Assembly: GCA_036172245.1 (NCBI GenBank)
Contig: JAYWIR010000005.1
Location: forward strand, 1,550,001-1,614,000
Reading direction: 5' to 3'
Length of the DNA: 64,000 nucleotides
Origin: Raillietiella orientalis
Taxonomy: Eukaryota
This document shows positions 1 through 13,400 of this stretch, in pieces. The notes beneath the pieces are model-generated. The model did not search any database and had not been told where the DNA came from. It worked only from the letters and a program-made list of their open reading frames with translations. Both the position numbers and the translations under genes were made by a program. Within the stretch, counting starts at the first letter, position 1, and every line of letters starts with the position of its first letter.

Positions 1-24
1 GCATTTTTCTTGCCGCCGCTTTAC

Positions 25-335
25 CAAATTCATAAGGGGTACGATTGCCAATTCATTTCCAAGAGCTTTCCGGAGGGAAAACGCTTCAGAGATCCACGAA
101 ATTTCTTCCAGCAGGGCTTCCATGAAAACGCTGAACGCATGCTGAGAACGAGTTCCGGTGCTGCTGGCGATTCCAGGTTTGCAGTGGGGAAATGGAGTCC
201 AGAGACAAGTTTCACGTGTCCGGTGTTTCCGTTTTATTGCGACAAAACTTGAAAGTGGTGTGTGCGACGCAGCTGCTTGCTTACTTTCTTGGCACACCAA
301 GCGGAGCTGCATCAGGATTTCAAATGCTTCTCTCC
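25..335 (-). CDS. Possible exon fragments of an unidentified minus-strand gene at the window edge
   Basis: Candidate 51-nt exon 285-335 (tag acceptor, gtaagc donor; reads REAFEILMQLRLVCQE). Open, protein-like frames at 25-170 (FMEALLEEISWISEAFSLRKALGNELAIVPLMNL, followed by gtaaag). Phases could not be joined unambiguously and no family was recognised. Confidence 0.25.
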
Positions 336-2544
336 CTAGTGGCGCTAATTCTAATTCGTTGGGTAATCTCAGAGCAGTCCTTGATCTTCAGTGGTTTCAT
401 TCATTTACAGCGCGAGCTGACCGCTCGATTATTCATTCGGTGCTTCCGTCTTCTTGCACCTACTCGATGCTCCCGTCAGAACACTCGAGCATCGTGTTTT
501 CAACCAGTCGAGGTCATTGCAGGATCCTTTCGTTAGCTTTGCTTCGACTTGAGAACCGGAGGTCTGCGACGCTCGAAGTGACGTGTGAGGATGCACTTCT
601 GAGATCAGGATGGTGTGAGCCTAAAGACTTCAAACAAGGAATCTTGAGCAGCAAAGGAGTGCTTCACCTTCTCACTTGCCTGCACCTGCCGCGTGCGCAA
701 GAACAGCCGTGTGCTTTCACGGTGTTTGCACGCATTCGAAACATTTCACACCGCGTGCAGACATGTTTTCGAAGATGTGCACTCTGGGTTAAAGAAATAC
801 ACAAGACCAGTCCTCGAAGGTGACTGCGGAGGAGTTGCACGCAAGGGATGGCGATCATGAAGTGAACTTTTCGGGATGCAAAGATGTTGCAATCGAAAAG
901 CTGGGCGTAAAAGGGTCGCACCCTCTTGGCGTGATTTTCATCGTGGTGAAGAACGGTCAACAAGTATAGAAGCAGTGATCTCCTTTTGCACACGAACATC
1001 CAAGGATATCCGAAAACAAGTTCGGGACGCCGTAGAGAAACAGAATGGAAACGCTCGTCGCACTCTGGCGCCTTCCTCTTTCCTGGGATCCCCACTTCCC
1101 GCTTTCTGGGCGCGACGCAAGCGCAGACGCATGCACGTGCAGGGAGCGTCCTTTGCAGGGAACCGCGATAGCTGTTACCCACTTTACATATCAATGAAAG
1201 CTTACGGGACACTTTCTCATGAACTCCACTCCCTTCCCCACTTCCGGTTCCGGTGTGTGCGATTCCAGAACTCACGTTTGCCGTATCAGAGCCAGCAACT
1301 TCACCTTATTTAAAACAGATTCGGGACAGTAAGTACTACCGCGGCAGTAGGGCCCCGCAATGTTCTGTAGAATATCTGCATCTGTGTCGAAGATGAAGGA
1401 TTATAGGCCAAAGCCCATAGACTTCATTCTTCCGGGTGTCTCGCTATTTCTGCTCGCAGAATGTCAGGAAAGGAAGATGCATCGATTGATCTCCATGGTT
1501 CATTTGAAGAGTGGCATCTGCGTTGCCTGGGGGACGTCCAAGCATATGACTCCCAGTAGATGTCTCGGAGTGCCGGATACAGGGGGCTACCATGAGGTGC
1601 CTCATTTCGTCCGAGTGCTTTTTCTGGGAACCCCCAACACCCATGTTCCGGGGTGGTGGTCCAACGATGAAACCATGCACTTTGCATCGACTTCCATGTT
1701 TCGGCAACTGACAGGCAACATCTCGATACTTGTTAATCTTTTCTATCCTGGCGATGCTGCACGCGTACAACCATCCTGTTGCCCTTCTGCAACACCGAAT
1801 CGGGCCGCAGAGTGGAATCCACTTTTGGAACCTTTTGGACACCAACTTCCATTTTGCTGTAAACCAACGCGATTCGTCCCGATCTAGCATCATGTCGTGC
1901 GGTGCATGCACGAGAGTGTCCCATGCAGTAGTTCGTAATATGGGGGCCCCCGGCGCCTCGCCCCAGATCTTACTTACAGCGCCGATATGCGTCATCTGCT
2001 TCCCCTCTTCTAGCAGCACCTTTGATTGGGAGCAAACTTAGCGGAGCCGCGCGGATGAACCGATAATCGGCGAATCTGGGAAGTCTCCGGTTGCCAGGAA
2101 ACAGCTGGAAGCACGGTGCAGTCCCACGCACTGCAAGACTCCCCTCCCCCCGCCTTCTTGGTGCCCTTCAATGGGGGACCGCCACGCGATGTCAGCGGGC
2201 GTGCTTCGCGAGACATCAGTTTTCGAAGATTACGGCTAGTTTCATTCCTCAGGTTCGTACTGGACATCGGTGAAAAGTGTTCGTCTGGGCAACTTCCCAA
2301 CACGCTGTCTAACAAGATGCACCACTTATTACACTATGGTACCCATTCTTACAAAGGCAATGCGATTTCATTTCTAGCATCAGATTGCTTGAAAGCAGTG
2401 GCAATCATTCACACCTCGTCAAACTTATAAATACTTTTGAATGCAGCAAATATATGAAATCCAAAGTCCATGAATTGCAACAGTCGCCTCAGACAGCAAA
2501 CAAACAAACAAAAAATCCAAGAAAACACTTGAAATCACATTCTG

Positions 2545-2550
2545 TTTATT
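2545..2550 (-). promoter_or_regulatory. Putative polyadenylation signal (AATAAA) of the lst-2 homolog
   Basis: tttatt on the plus strand, about 180 nt downstream of the TAG stop (2729-2731), in AT-rich 3'UTR-like sequence. Confidence 0.5.
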
Positions 2551-2728
2551 TCTTATTAATTTTAAACGATTTCAAAATAACATTTTTATGTTTACTCGTA
2601 TACATCCCAAGTTGCTTCCCATCCTTATACAACTTAAGATCGTACAATCAGTAGCAATATGGTGCAAGTAGAAAAATAGAGTCATCCACATTATCAAATC
2701 TAATAAGATGGTTTCCAAAAGACAGGTA

Positions 2729-5700
2729 CTAAGTTACAGTAGCCACTAATGAGCAGGCATTACACACACGGACCGGTAAAACATAGCCTATACATGGGAG
2801 TGGCAGGAAATTCGAGCAGCACTTCTTACAGAATACCTGAAATAATTCACGAAAAGAAAAAAAAAAAAAAAAAAAAAATGAGCGCCCTTGGGGCCAAGAA
2901 CGCTGAACTCACCTGACCACAGTTGCGGCAATGGTGACGGCGTCTGAATACTGTAAACCTGTCATGGCAGACCTTACAATTGGAAGCTTCGCAATCCAAA
3001 ATCCAAACGGGCGGATCTCTTCTCTGTTCTGTACATTGTTCCAAATTGAGAACGCTATCTGAAAACTCTGTACAGTGAAGCCAGATGGCAGCTCTTCGGA
3101 AGGAAATAACTCTCACCTTCACTGGAACGATACATGGTGAACACAGTTTTCAGCACATTCCTAATATCACAGGCGAAATTGGTTTGCAATTGATCAGCCA
3201 CTCCAGAAATGCAAACAAATAACCGATGTAGGAGGTCTTCATCACTAATTTCACAGATAAACGAGGATCACAAAACAATACGATAACTGCTATTATTACT
3301 TATTAAATGAATTCGCAAATTAGCTTGAAAAAGGAATGCAAAACACGAATATTCACCTATCGAAACGATTTTCATCTTCACTGGATGGGCATATCTGCAG
3401 CTCACATGACAGAGGTGCACTTTTCATTGATGAAGATTTTGTTCCTCCTTCAAAATTTGTTTCTGGAAAGTGAGCTAATGAGATGAAAACTTGGTGCTTA
3501 AGTAACCTGTGAGTGAAAGATCAGCTGCTTCTTTATGAGACAATGAGGTTGCTCCATCTTGTGATTTATCAGCAGCAATGTTGAGTATCCGAAATCGATC
3601 TGCTTTCATGCACTTTATCTCTTCTAAAGCCTTCAACATACGGGTCTCAACACGACACATTTTTAAACACCATATAAAACATGAAATTTCAAACCCACAG
3701 AAACATGGGGGAGGGAGAGGGGAAGAGGAGCGCTCGAACACAATATGATTAATATGACTAAGGTATGGCAAAGGAACATGCACATTCACCTGACTACCGA
3801 AACTCGAGCCATGAAATACTTCATGAGGCTGGAATGGTACATTTCCTGACTCTAGCATTTGCTGTAAAGCATCTTGATTTCGATACCACAATGAGTCAAA
3901 ATCCTATACTACTTTTATGTGAAATTGTACAGAATAGAGATCTACTAAATTTAATAACTGAAATCACAAGGGCCACATCTACAAAAATAATCCTTTTCAA
4001 ACACACCACGAACAGATGTTAATATCGACTGCTGCATGGAAATGTTAAACGATATAATGATGACGCTCTGCCAATTTTACGGATTCAGCAAACCGATGAT
4101 GGACATCAAGGTCCACTTCATTGACCAGAAACCCACACTTCAAAAAGCACACAACAAACTGACCACGCAAATTCCAGCACCTGTTTCAACAGAGCGATAT
4201 AATCAATAGCATTAATCCTTACAACTTCCATAGTATCTGCATAACGAATCTGCAATGAATAAAATGGGTTGCATGACACTAACATCTGAATGGTAAAATG
4301 TTGATGTTATTTTCACATTACTGTTTGTGTACACTTCACATGTAAGAATGAAAGCTGCTGTTTCCTTATTAATCCACATCAAATTTCGTTAACAACTCTG
4401 CTTCATTTCATGGAAGAATGTAAAAACTGCTTACTCTATTTTCCTACTTGTACCTTGTTGCTACCTTATGTGATGTTAAGTTGTGTTACTTTACAAACCT
4501 ATACATTTAGAAACAATCATTCGTTAAATTTCTGTGTCTGTTATTATCTTTCCTAATGAACATGCGCAACTAGGCACATTTTGCATCTGTAGCATGAATG
4601 CTCAATAATGGAATATTCAAGAAAAAACAGGAATATTAAGGATAATTATAATCATATTCCTAAAAGAATGGCAAAGTAACGATAATGGCACCATAAATGG
4701 ATTTCAATTAAGAGAATTTTTCGCCAAAGGCGCATTTCCTATGCTTTTACTGATTAGCCTCATTTTACTCAAGCAAAATTTGATCGCTACTTACCACTGA
4801 CAAAGACTGATGCACAGCATCCAGAATATCTACATCTTCACTGAAAGCAGGGCCATCTTCGTCAGAATCTAATGATATTCCAAGCATGACTGCTGGATGG
4901 ACTTCCGAACGTATAAAATCAGTTGGATGTTTGCAAGAATGTTTCATGGGGAGTTGTTTAGTCAAGGAAGGAATGGAGTTGTTCCCACACAAATGGTTGA
5001 CTGCTTTATGAAAGTTTTGCAAACTGGTAATTTCTTGAGAACATAATGCTCTTTGCAGAGCCAAAATCTGCTTCTCTGAAAGGATTATTAACAGACTGTG
5101 GAGATGCTGCAGAAGTCTCTGTAAATGTTCAAGAGTTTTATTTTAAAACATGAAACTAATCAACAAGCGCACTTACTCTGTATGGTTGAAACATTTGAGG
5201 AATATCTTCAGGACTTTTGTTAACATTTAATGGTCCATCTGGAGACATCAAGAGGCCCTTAACAATTGCAATGCGAGGAATGGTAAACATAAGGGACGGA
5301 TCGCAATTATCTATCATCTCCTTGGATACGAAGTTCTTATTTATAGCTCTTTTAATAAATATTAGAAATAATACCTACAAGTATGTACAAACTCACTCTA
5401 ATAAGGCTTCTGAAAACAGCACTGTCACATCTTGCATCAAATCATATTCACGAGATGATTTAACTGGCACCAAAGCACTCACATAGAGTAACTCAAATTC
5501 AGCAAAGAATCTATCAAATATTTTCAGAGATTCCCTAATTTTTTCCGTATATTCTGGTAAGGGCCTAAAAATCGATAAAAAAAAAAAAAAAAAAACAATT
5601 CAAGATAGATACGTCAACAAAAACTGGTTTGCAAAAAAGTAAGTTTCCATATACGCAAATAAATATCCAATTATCTGATTTGATCAAATGACAAAAAAGT

Positions 5701-8700
5701 ATCTGCAAAATTTACTTCATACAAATTATAGATACCATTTCATTCGCCCAAACTATGCATAAATTATTAAAAAATCTCCATCTATGATTCAAATTTATTC
5801 AAAAATACATAAATTAAATGTCAAAACATTTGTCAAAAAATATCAAAAAATACTTGTACTCTACTCATCAAAATACAAAACCAAATGGAAAGCAGTATTC
5901 CACTTGCTTACATGAGTTTAATGGTGAGAAATAATAATAATGATAATAATCACAATGAGCAGATAAAACATAATATTACAGAAAAGTAAAATAAAGTGAT
6001 TGCACACAAACAAAATATCACTTCATTAATTTTTAATTACACTTCATTTAACCCAAGCTCATAGTTTAAAGAAGATTTGGTTATGAAATCTTAGGTCTAA
6101 GCTGATGAACTAAGATACTTCAAAGAAATGAAAAACACTTTTTTATATTGTTCCTTCACATCAAGTTGCAAGCCAGTTTCGTCACACAATGAGTCTATCC
6201 ATGTTTTGTTTGTTTAAATTACATTAAAAAAAAAACTAACATATTATGAGCAGTTACTTTTTCCCTTTTGGGCTGAACTACTTAATTAAGAATTAAATAT
6301 TATTAATTTCATCCTCAATGTAAGTAGAAGCACACAATCCGAAAACAAACAAAACAAAACAAAATACAACACAACAAAAAGGAGCAGCAACACTAGATTT
6401 TGAAAAAGAGTACCCAAAATGACAACATACATAATAGCACACACATACATATATATTGTCAAACAGAACTGTAAGCCAAACTGAAAGTATGAAGCGATCA
6501 CTTTATTAAGCACCCAACATTATCAAACAAATGGAAATCAGATGCAAGAAAATGAGGACTTTGGAACCTTTAGAAATTTTCACTTGTTCACCAGGTAGAC
6601 ACTGTGGCTAAGTGTCTAAGCCAAATTTGACATTAAGTGTAATTAAATAGAAAATTCGAAAAGTAGTACAAATTAGTGTATATACCTGTTAGGAATTCTA
6701 CACATAATTGACTGTAATTAGCGGATAAATAAATGGAAGTACGCTGCGACTATTATCGGAAAGTAAGAAGTGAATTTGAAATTATTTTAATTTGAAAATC
6801 ACGGCAGAAAGGAGCAAATCCGTCCAAATCTTTTACCAATATTCGTAGCAGTATTTCGAATCATCACATAAAGCTTTAACAAATTAGAAAAAACAAATCC
6901 AAAAACTTTTTCAAGTAATTTGTTACTAAATTACTTACTTAAGGTACTGCTCCTTCAATAAATGCCTAACTTTTTTCAAAGAGTAGGTTACAGCTTTTGC
7001 TATTGGACGCATACTAGCACTTTCATCTTCCTTTTGAATAATAGATGATCCAGCTGCCAAACACTTGAAAAACATCAAATAGTAGTGTTCAAAAGTAACT
7101 TAAATGTATGCAAAGTAATGATACCCTTTATTTAATTACTAACAATATCTTTATATATATTTATTCAAACTATCAACTAAACCTATATAAGAATTCTAAA
7201 TCACCCTTATTCTGCAAACACAAGTGGAATATCCGAGTTAATCAATACATTTAAAGAATATAGTCTACCATCGACCTATAAATCCGCAGCTTTATTTTTG
7301 CCATATCGTCAGTTCGCCAAGTCTTTCAGGGAATCCTTCAGCAAAAGTGAAAAAACTCTAGTGATTGACAGCAATCTGCTTTGATTTTCTTTCTTCAGAT
7401 CTCTGATACAAACAAAAGATTTATTATGAAGCCATAAAGTTACTTCATTCATTTCAAAACTTTGGTTAACATTCTTACGAACATTGCAATTTGCGATTTG
7501 CATGCTGTGAACTATCTTACATATAGACCTAATAGACAATGCATCTTTGCTGCAAAAGTAATTCATACTATAGTGCAGTCATTCTCCATGTGTGCCAATA
7601 AAATATTTCACAAAGTAATACTGTATTGGATCCAGAAATTAATTCCCCTTGTATCTACAACTACCTGAAACTCAGTATGTAACATTTTGATAGAATTCTA
7701 GAGCCAGTTCAAAAATCTGTCTAAAAATCTAAAATCTAATAACAATTTTGATCCAAAATAAATGAAGCCACGACATTTATAAGGACATCATTTTAACAGC
7801 AAATCAATAAAATGACTAGATTTTACCATCCATCGTTCCATACGAAATGCATATTTCCCTCATAACCAACTTTTTGTATTAATAAGAAAAATGAAACCTA
7901 GAAATAAATAAAATACCGAAATCATTGCAAAATAATAGAATGATTCTGATTTTTAAGACATCAAACAGCAACACAAGTACTCCTATAATGGCTGAGTAAC
8001 AAGAGAACTACAGTATGAAAGGATATAGGCACATGTGGAGAGAGGAAGAAAAAAAACAATGGAAAACAACTACCACACCAACAGGTCAATTCAGCATTCA
8101 GCAAGCTCATTTGCATTAATGCAAATGAGCTTGCATAATCCAAGGAATTATTAACCAGAATTTTATGCTGTGGTATATTTGTTTTTAGCTCAGCTATACA
8201 AATGTACCACAGCATAAAATTCTGCTTAAATTCAAATGATGGGTTGAAAAAAAGAAATAAAAATCCACTTATGACTAGCTTAAATTTCGCCTAAACAAAC
8301 AGTACTGTTTGATATTTGAGATCTTAGGCTTGTTTACAAGCGATATTTTCTTAAAAAGATAAAATACCCATAAAATCCTTAAAATGATCAAATAGCTTTA
8401 TTTGGCAAGGACCAGAGAGAGAAAAGACATGAAAAAACTAATGAATTGCAAACTGAATGCAACTCCATGCATCTCAACAAAAAACTTTTTTGGTAGGCTA
8501 CAAATCTCCAAATTACTTGAATGAAAACTATTACCAGCATTTCCGTGAATTATTTGAAACAAACTCACTCACAGTTAATTTTTTCACACTCCACTTTTGG
8601 GCATTATAAACGACTCTTTTACTTGCAACAAGTTAGGGAAACAAACTTAGTTGATGAAGCTAATACTTTGTTTTACATAAAAAAGAATTACATTTGAAAA

Positions 8701-11700
8701 TATTTGTCATAAGCATGCAAAAAACCATAGCAGAACTCTTCAAGAAGAATCCAAGACCTCGGAATGAATGCTGTTACTATCTCAGTTTTCGAAATTTTTG
8801 AATTACTTTAATGCATATACGTATATACTTACGAATCCACAATTAATAAAGTTCACATAACTAAATGTGGATCATATTCCCCATGCATAAACAGAATTTT
8901 TCATTTTTGCATAAGTCTAACAACACAACTTCCAAAAAATCCTGGATATGGTTTATACTTTTAATGTTATTCAAAACTTCTCAGTAAACTATGTCACAGT
9001 AAACTTTTCACGGATAATTAATTTGTCTTTATAATAGTGAATATCTGAGGTGATGAAAATCTTCCACACCTCTGCTCCAAACCATAATTGGCCAGAAAGG
9101 TTTTCCTGTAATATCTCATCAGGGAATTTGACCTGAAAATCTCGATTTGCTCTTTCGTTTGGTATGACTTCATCCATAATCGATACACAGAGTGCAAGCA
9201 GCTAAAAGTAAAATGAGATCTTATCTGAATTATGCAGGCACATGGGCAGACTGACAAATCATTTATCCCATAATTTCTGATTTTAAAATTATCAATACAA
9301 AATACACAGCATTTTAAAACTAGAAAAGGAAATTTCAGTGTGTGCTTTGAAATATTCATTTACATAAACATATCTCAAAACATTCAACACAGCAGATCTG
9401 ATTTGTTTCCTTATACACTAAGCTTAATTATCATACATAATAGAAGACTGCACAATTACAGTACATGTAGCTGGATATGAAAAACAGAATGCAGAATACA
9501 TATATATGTACGTATATATATATATTTGGAATTTAACGATGCCTATTAAATTTCTCATTCAAAAATTGTTTTTTCTAAATGAAAATACTATTTAAGCATT
9601 GCATATTACAGAAATTAAAAACACACACCACGTGTCCACATAATAGATTTGTATTTAAAATAAGAATAACAATTTCATAAAACTCACATAACAGGTAAAA
9701 GCTAAAGAAAATTGCCATGAAACTAAAGTGGAAGACAGCTTAAAGATAATGATATAAAAATTAAAGAAAACAATGCAATGACTCATTCAAATCCAAAAGG
9801 TTCTGTGGACTAAACAATGACCTTGTCTTGGCAATATCTCAGCTGATTCACTAAGGCAGTACATCGTTCCGGATTTTTTCTACCATCAAAGCTATCTAAT
9901 TCACTTACAATCACATTAAGCTCTTCATCAGCATAGTAGAATTGTGCTAGGAGAGAATTATCATCTTTCTAAAATTGAAACAAGAAAACAAAATTAACAC
10001 ATGAAAAAATAGATCTTAATCAAGTCTTGAATACATTATACCATTAATGAAGGTCTCCTCATTACTTATGTTCAACATTAAAGAAATACCTACATGAAAA
10101 CAAGATTAATTATAAAATAGTATCAAAGTTAGAGATTTAATGCGCAGTTGTTGAGACTTGCAAATTATAAACAATTTCAACACAGTACAACTGATGTTAT
10201 TCTCAAAGCAGCACACTAATTCTAAGATCCCAAAGCTTTTTGGATGATAAATTGAATGTACTTTACAATGAAAATAAAAAAGAAAATGCAAAGGAAATAA
10301 AGATTCTGATTTATGAAAATATTCATCATATTTCTGCAGTGTGATGCTGAGAAATCAGTCCTCACTGTATAGTGTCACCAATCACATCAACAGTACATGA
10401 TTAACAACAATCTCATATGCACTGCAAATTTAAATATACCAATTCCTGGTAACTTAAAATGCCTAATTTAAAATTCTAAAAAATGGCCTACGAATCATGC
10501 AAACATTTGAAAAGTGAATCAATCTCCTTTCCCCATTCTCAGTATTGAGCAAAGAATGCTCCTATGCTGAGATACTTAAATGGACAAATGTTTGGAAATC
10601 TATACTTTCAAGGGCATCAAAAAATCATAAACCAGAGCCATATAAATCTTGTTCCATCTTGTTGTATAAACACTACAAACCCTTACCTTATTATTAATGC
10701 TCTTAAAACAGCAACTCATTCACAGTTAACAAATCATGAATTAATACTAGACCCATATCTAAAATTTTTCTGTTTATGCAAAGTGCTATTTCAGCTCAGT
10801 GACAGTCAGGGAATGCAATTTTCTTATGCTAACAAATATTTTTTGTAGCATGGATAAACTGATGTTTTCAATCATGATGGATAAAGCAAGACTTACTGTG
10901 CAAAGACATCATTTTAGAATAAGTACATTGAAGAAAGAATCTCACATTACTAATCAATCTGACTCTTTTACTGGTCTGTGAAAAGTAAGAGTTTAAAATG
11001 ATTTAATGAAAACAAAACATTATTGCATAGCATGTCAAATATTTCTACAGATTCCCTTACATCTAGATATCAACTACACTTAATTTATGCATTTAAAAAA
11101 TGCCCACAAATTTCATCTGTTGTTGGCTGATCTGCCCACTACTGCTGATTGGGAACACCATTTATGCCATATATTGAACTTCATTCAAGAGTCTTGACTC
11201 TCAATCATAATAAATATTCCTATCACCACAAAAAGACCATATTCTTCCTTATTTGTGTGAATACAAAACTGACCCATATTCAACACAAAGCAAGTTTATT
11301 AACATATAATTGAATTTTTGAAATACTTATCAAAAAGCCACCTAATACCACTCCTATTAAATGCTTGCATCAACAGTAACTTTTCTCAATTTGAAATTAT
11401 TTTAAAATGAAACTTAAGTCTTCAGTAACTTGTAAACTAGGAGTGAATGGGGCTAAATCAACCACTTAGGTAAAGCAGAACAATACAAAATGGATCAAAT
11501 TCACCAAAAACATCCACTAACTGGGAAGCTTACAATTTAGAAATAATACTGGATAATTCTGAAATTCTAAAATTACACATTTGAATATCACTTTTAATTT
11601 ATCCTGATCTCTTAAAGAGAACTCCAAGTTTTGGCAGGCCAGCATGTGTCAGTGACCACATTCTTTGATGCTAGTTAAAAATCTACATAGATTACTTCAC

Positions 11701-12796
11701 CTGTCTAGAATATTAGAAATCTGAATAATAAGATCACTAAATCACACAGAAATGAATATATGCATCCAGTTCAAGCACAGCTGCAATGTTACTAAGTGTC
11801 ACGAAATTTTCATCAAGCAAGAGAAGTTCCAATGTTAATAAAAATCAACATGAATAAGATTTGGATGAACAGATGAATAGATTTTTTTTTTTTTATGATT
11901 TGCAAAATAAAAATTGGTAATCACAATGGTAAAACATCAACAATGCCAACACTTTTCAGGAAAGTGGAAGAAGTTTCTCATAACCTGAACCATTAAAGAG
12001 TGATGAAAAGATGCTTTACAAAAGGATTATCTTGAACATATTTGCTATCAGATGTTATCAAAAATACAACCAGGGAATTTTGTTAATTATTGGATTTCGG
12101 AGAACAACACTGTCAAAAACTTCATTAGAAATTACAGCATGCAGCACCATAGCCTAAGACTAAAGAAAAAGTTGAAACACATGCAGGTAAAAAGAGACAC
12201 ATTTTAGGCAGAAAATTCCAAATATGAACCGTATGCCGAACACATCAAAAAGAACCTAACCTTTGCAGGAGATAAGTTTTTTTCACATATCCTAAAAGCA
12301 ATAAACACTGGAACTAAGGAACAGTGGTTTCTGTCACTCATACCGTGGATAGGCAAAAGAATTCTCATCTTTTTCAACTTGCAACTTACAAGAAAATATC
12401 AAAAATCAGAGTTAGTTTTCAACGTTTGTCTTTCACCATGTGCAATTGTATTGGTATAACACGACAAACGGCTTCCCAACTGCAGTTCAAACTCGAAGAA
12501 AAAAGAAATTGCCCCCCGAAATTAATAGAAAAGGACTTTCCTTAGAATGATGCTTTGCAAACGAATACGAATTACAGCAACTTACATTACTGTTTTACCT
12601 TTCTTTCCGAACACATGGCTTGGCTTGACATTAAGTGTAGAAAAAACGAGCTTCCGTATTTTTCATTTTTACACGAAGATGCAAAACACGCAAATATATA
12701 AATAAACCCGAAAATTATTCAGGAATTACACAACTCGATTAAAAAATCATGGACTCTTACTTTTGGCTTGTAAAACCAACGTCGAATTGACTCCAT
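2729..12796 (-). CDS. lst-2: Lateral signaling target protein 2 homolog (LST2/ZFYVE28), C-terminal FYVE zinc finger, about 665 aa, about 12 coding exons
   Basis: Hand-spliced exons, all GT-AG with consistent phases: 12761-12796 ([12 protein letters not shown]); 9822-9968 ([36 protein letters not shown]..); 9070-9201 (..[24 protein letters not shown]); 6939-7063 ([18 protein letters not shown]); 5397-5564 (..[21 protein letters not shown]..); 5177-5348 (..[19 protein letters not shown]); 4795-5118; 3507-3903 (internal structure uncertain); 3357-3462; 3117-3244 ([21 protein letters not shown]); 2913-3067 ([19 protein letters not shown]); 2729-2836 ([15 protein letters not shown]..stop). These match the conserved blocks of human ZFYVE28 as I recall them, and the FYVE signatures WxxD, RRHHCR and RVC are present. 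Confidence 0.95.
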
Positions 12797-13400
12797 GTGG
12801 GTAAGTATATTCAGATAGAAAGTATTGCATCTTGTTTAAAAAATTTGCGTAATTTTTCAAGAGAAAAGGATGCTTTCATTTTAATCAGGCACGAATTTTT
12901 TTCATGAATGTTCTGCTATTTTCTGCACTCGGTGAATTTTTTCATCAGTTTTTGAAAAAAGATTATCAACATTCTTTACCATTTCGTCACACGAATGCCT
13001 TGTCAACTTGCGACAAAAACACGGATTTTACAGTATTGTCACATTGCCATCCACGAAACACGTACTCACACCAAGGTCTGCATTCCATTCAATAAAATCC
13101 ATGAAAACTGCAGCAATCCTTTTCAACTCACAAGTGTGCATTAAGGCAGAGGTTTCAAGGGAATGGAACTCTGCAAGATGCTTTTTCTCAACTTGCTAGA
13201 AAGGTACATGTAAGTATAATGTAATATAATATAAACTAATTCGAATTTTTTTGACTATTTGTATACTGAAACTTCAGCGATTTACTGTATTTAAAACATG
13301 ATTTGACAAGCGATCATCATTTCGAAAACACGGACGAACTTCTACAATTATTTAAAATTTGTGACAATCTATAACGTCACCACAAAAGGCATGGGAATTT
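12797..13400. promoter_or_regulatory. Probable 5'UTR/promoter region of lst-2, possibly bidirectional
   Basis: Immediately upstream of the lst-2 ATG. AT-rich, but CpG dinucleotides reappear here compared with the CpG-free stretch of intron 1. Plus-strand exon-like sequence follows downstream. No TSS can be fixed from sequence. Confidence 0.4.

Noticed and set aside
1360..2019. Overlapping 175-aa (+) and 191-aa (-) ORFs
   Set aside because: No recognisable domain or consistent splice structure; cannot be supported from sequence alone.
2847..3122. Stand-alone truncated FYVE ORF ending in poly-Phe
   Set aside because: It is read-through across introns. The FYVE domain is completed by exon 2729-2836 of lst-2.
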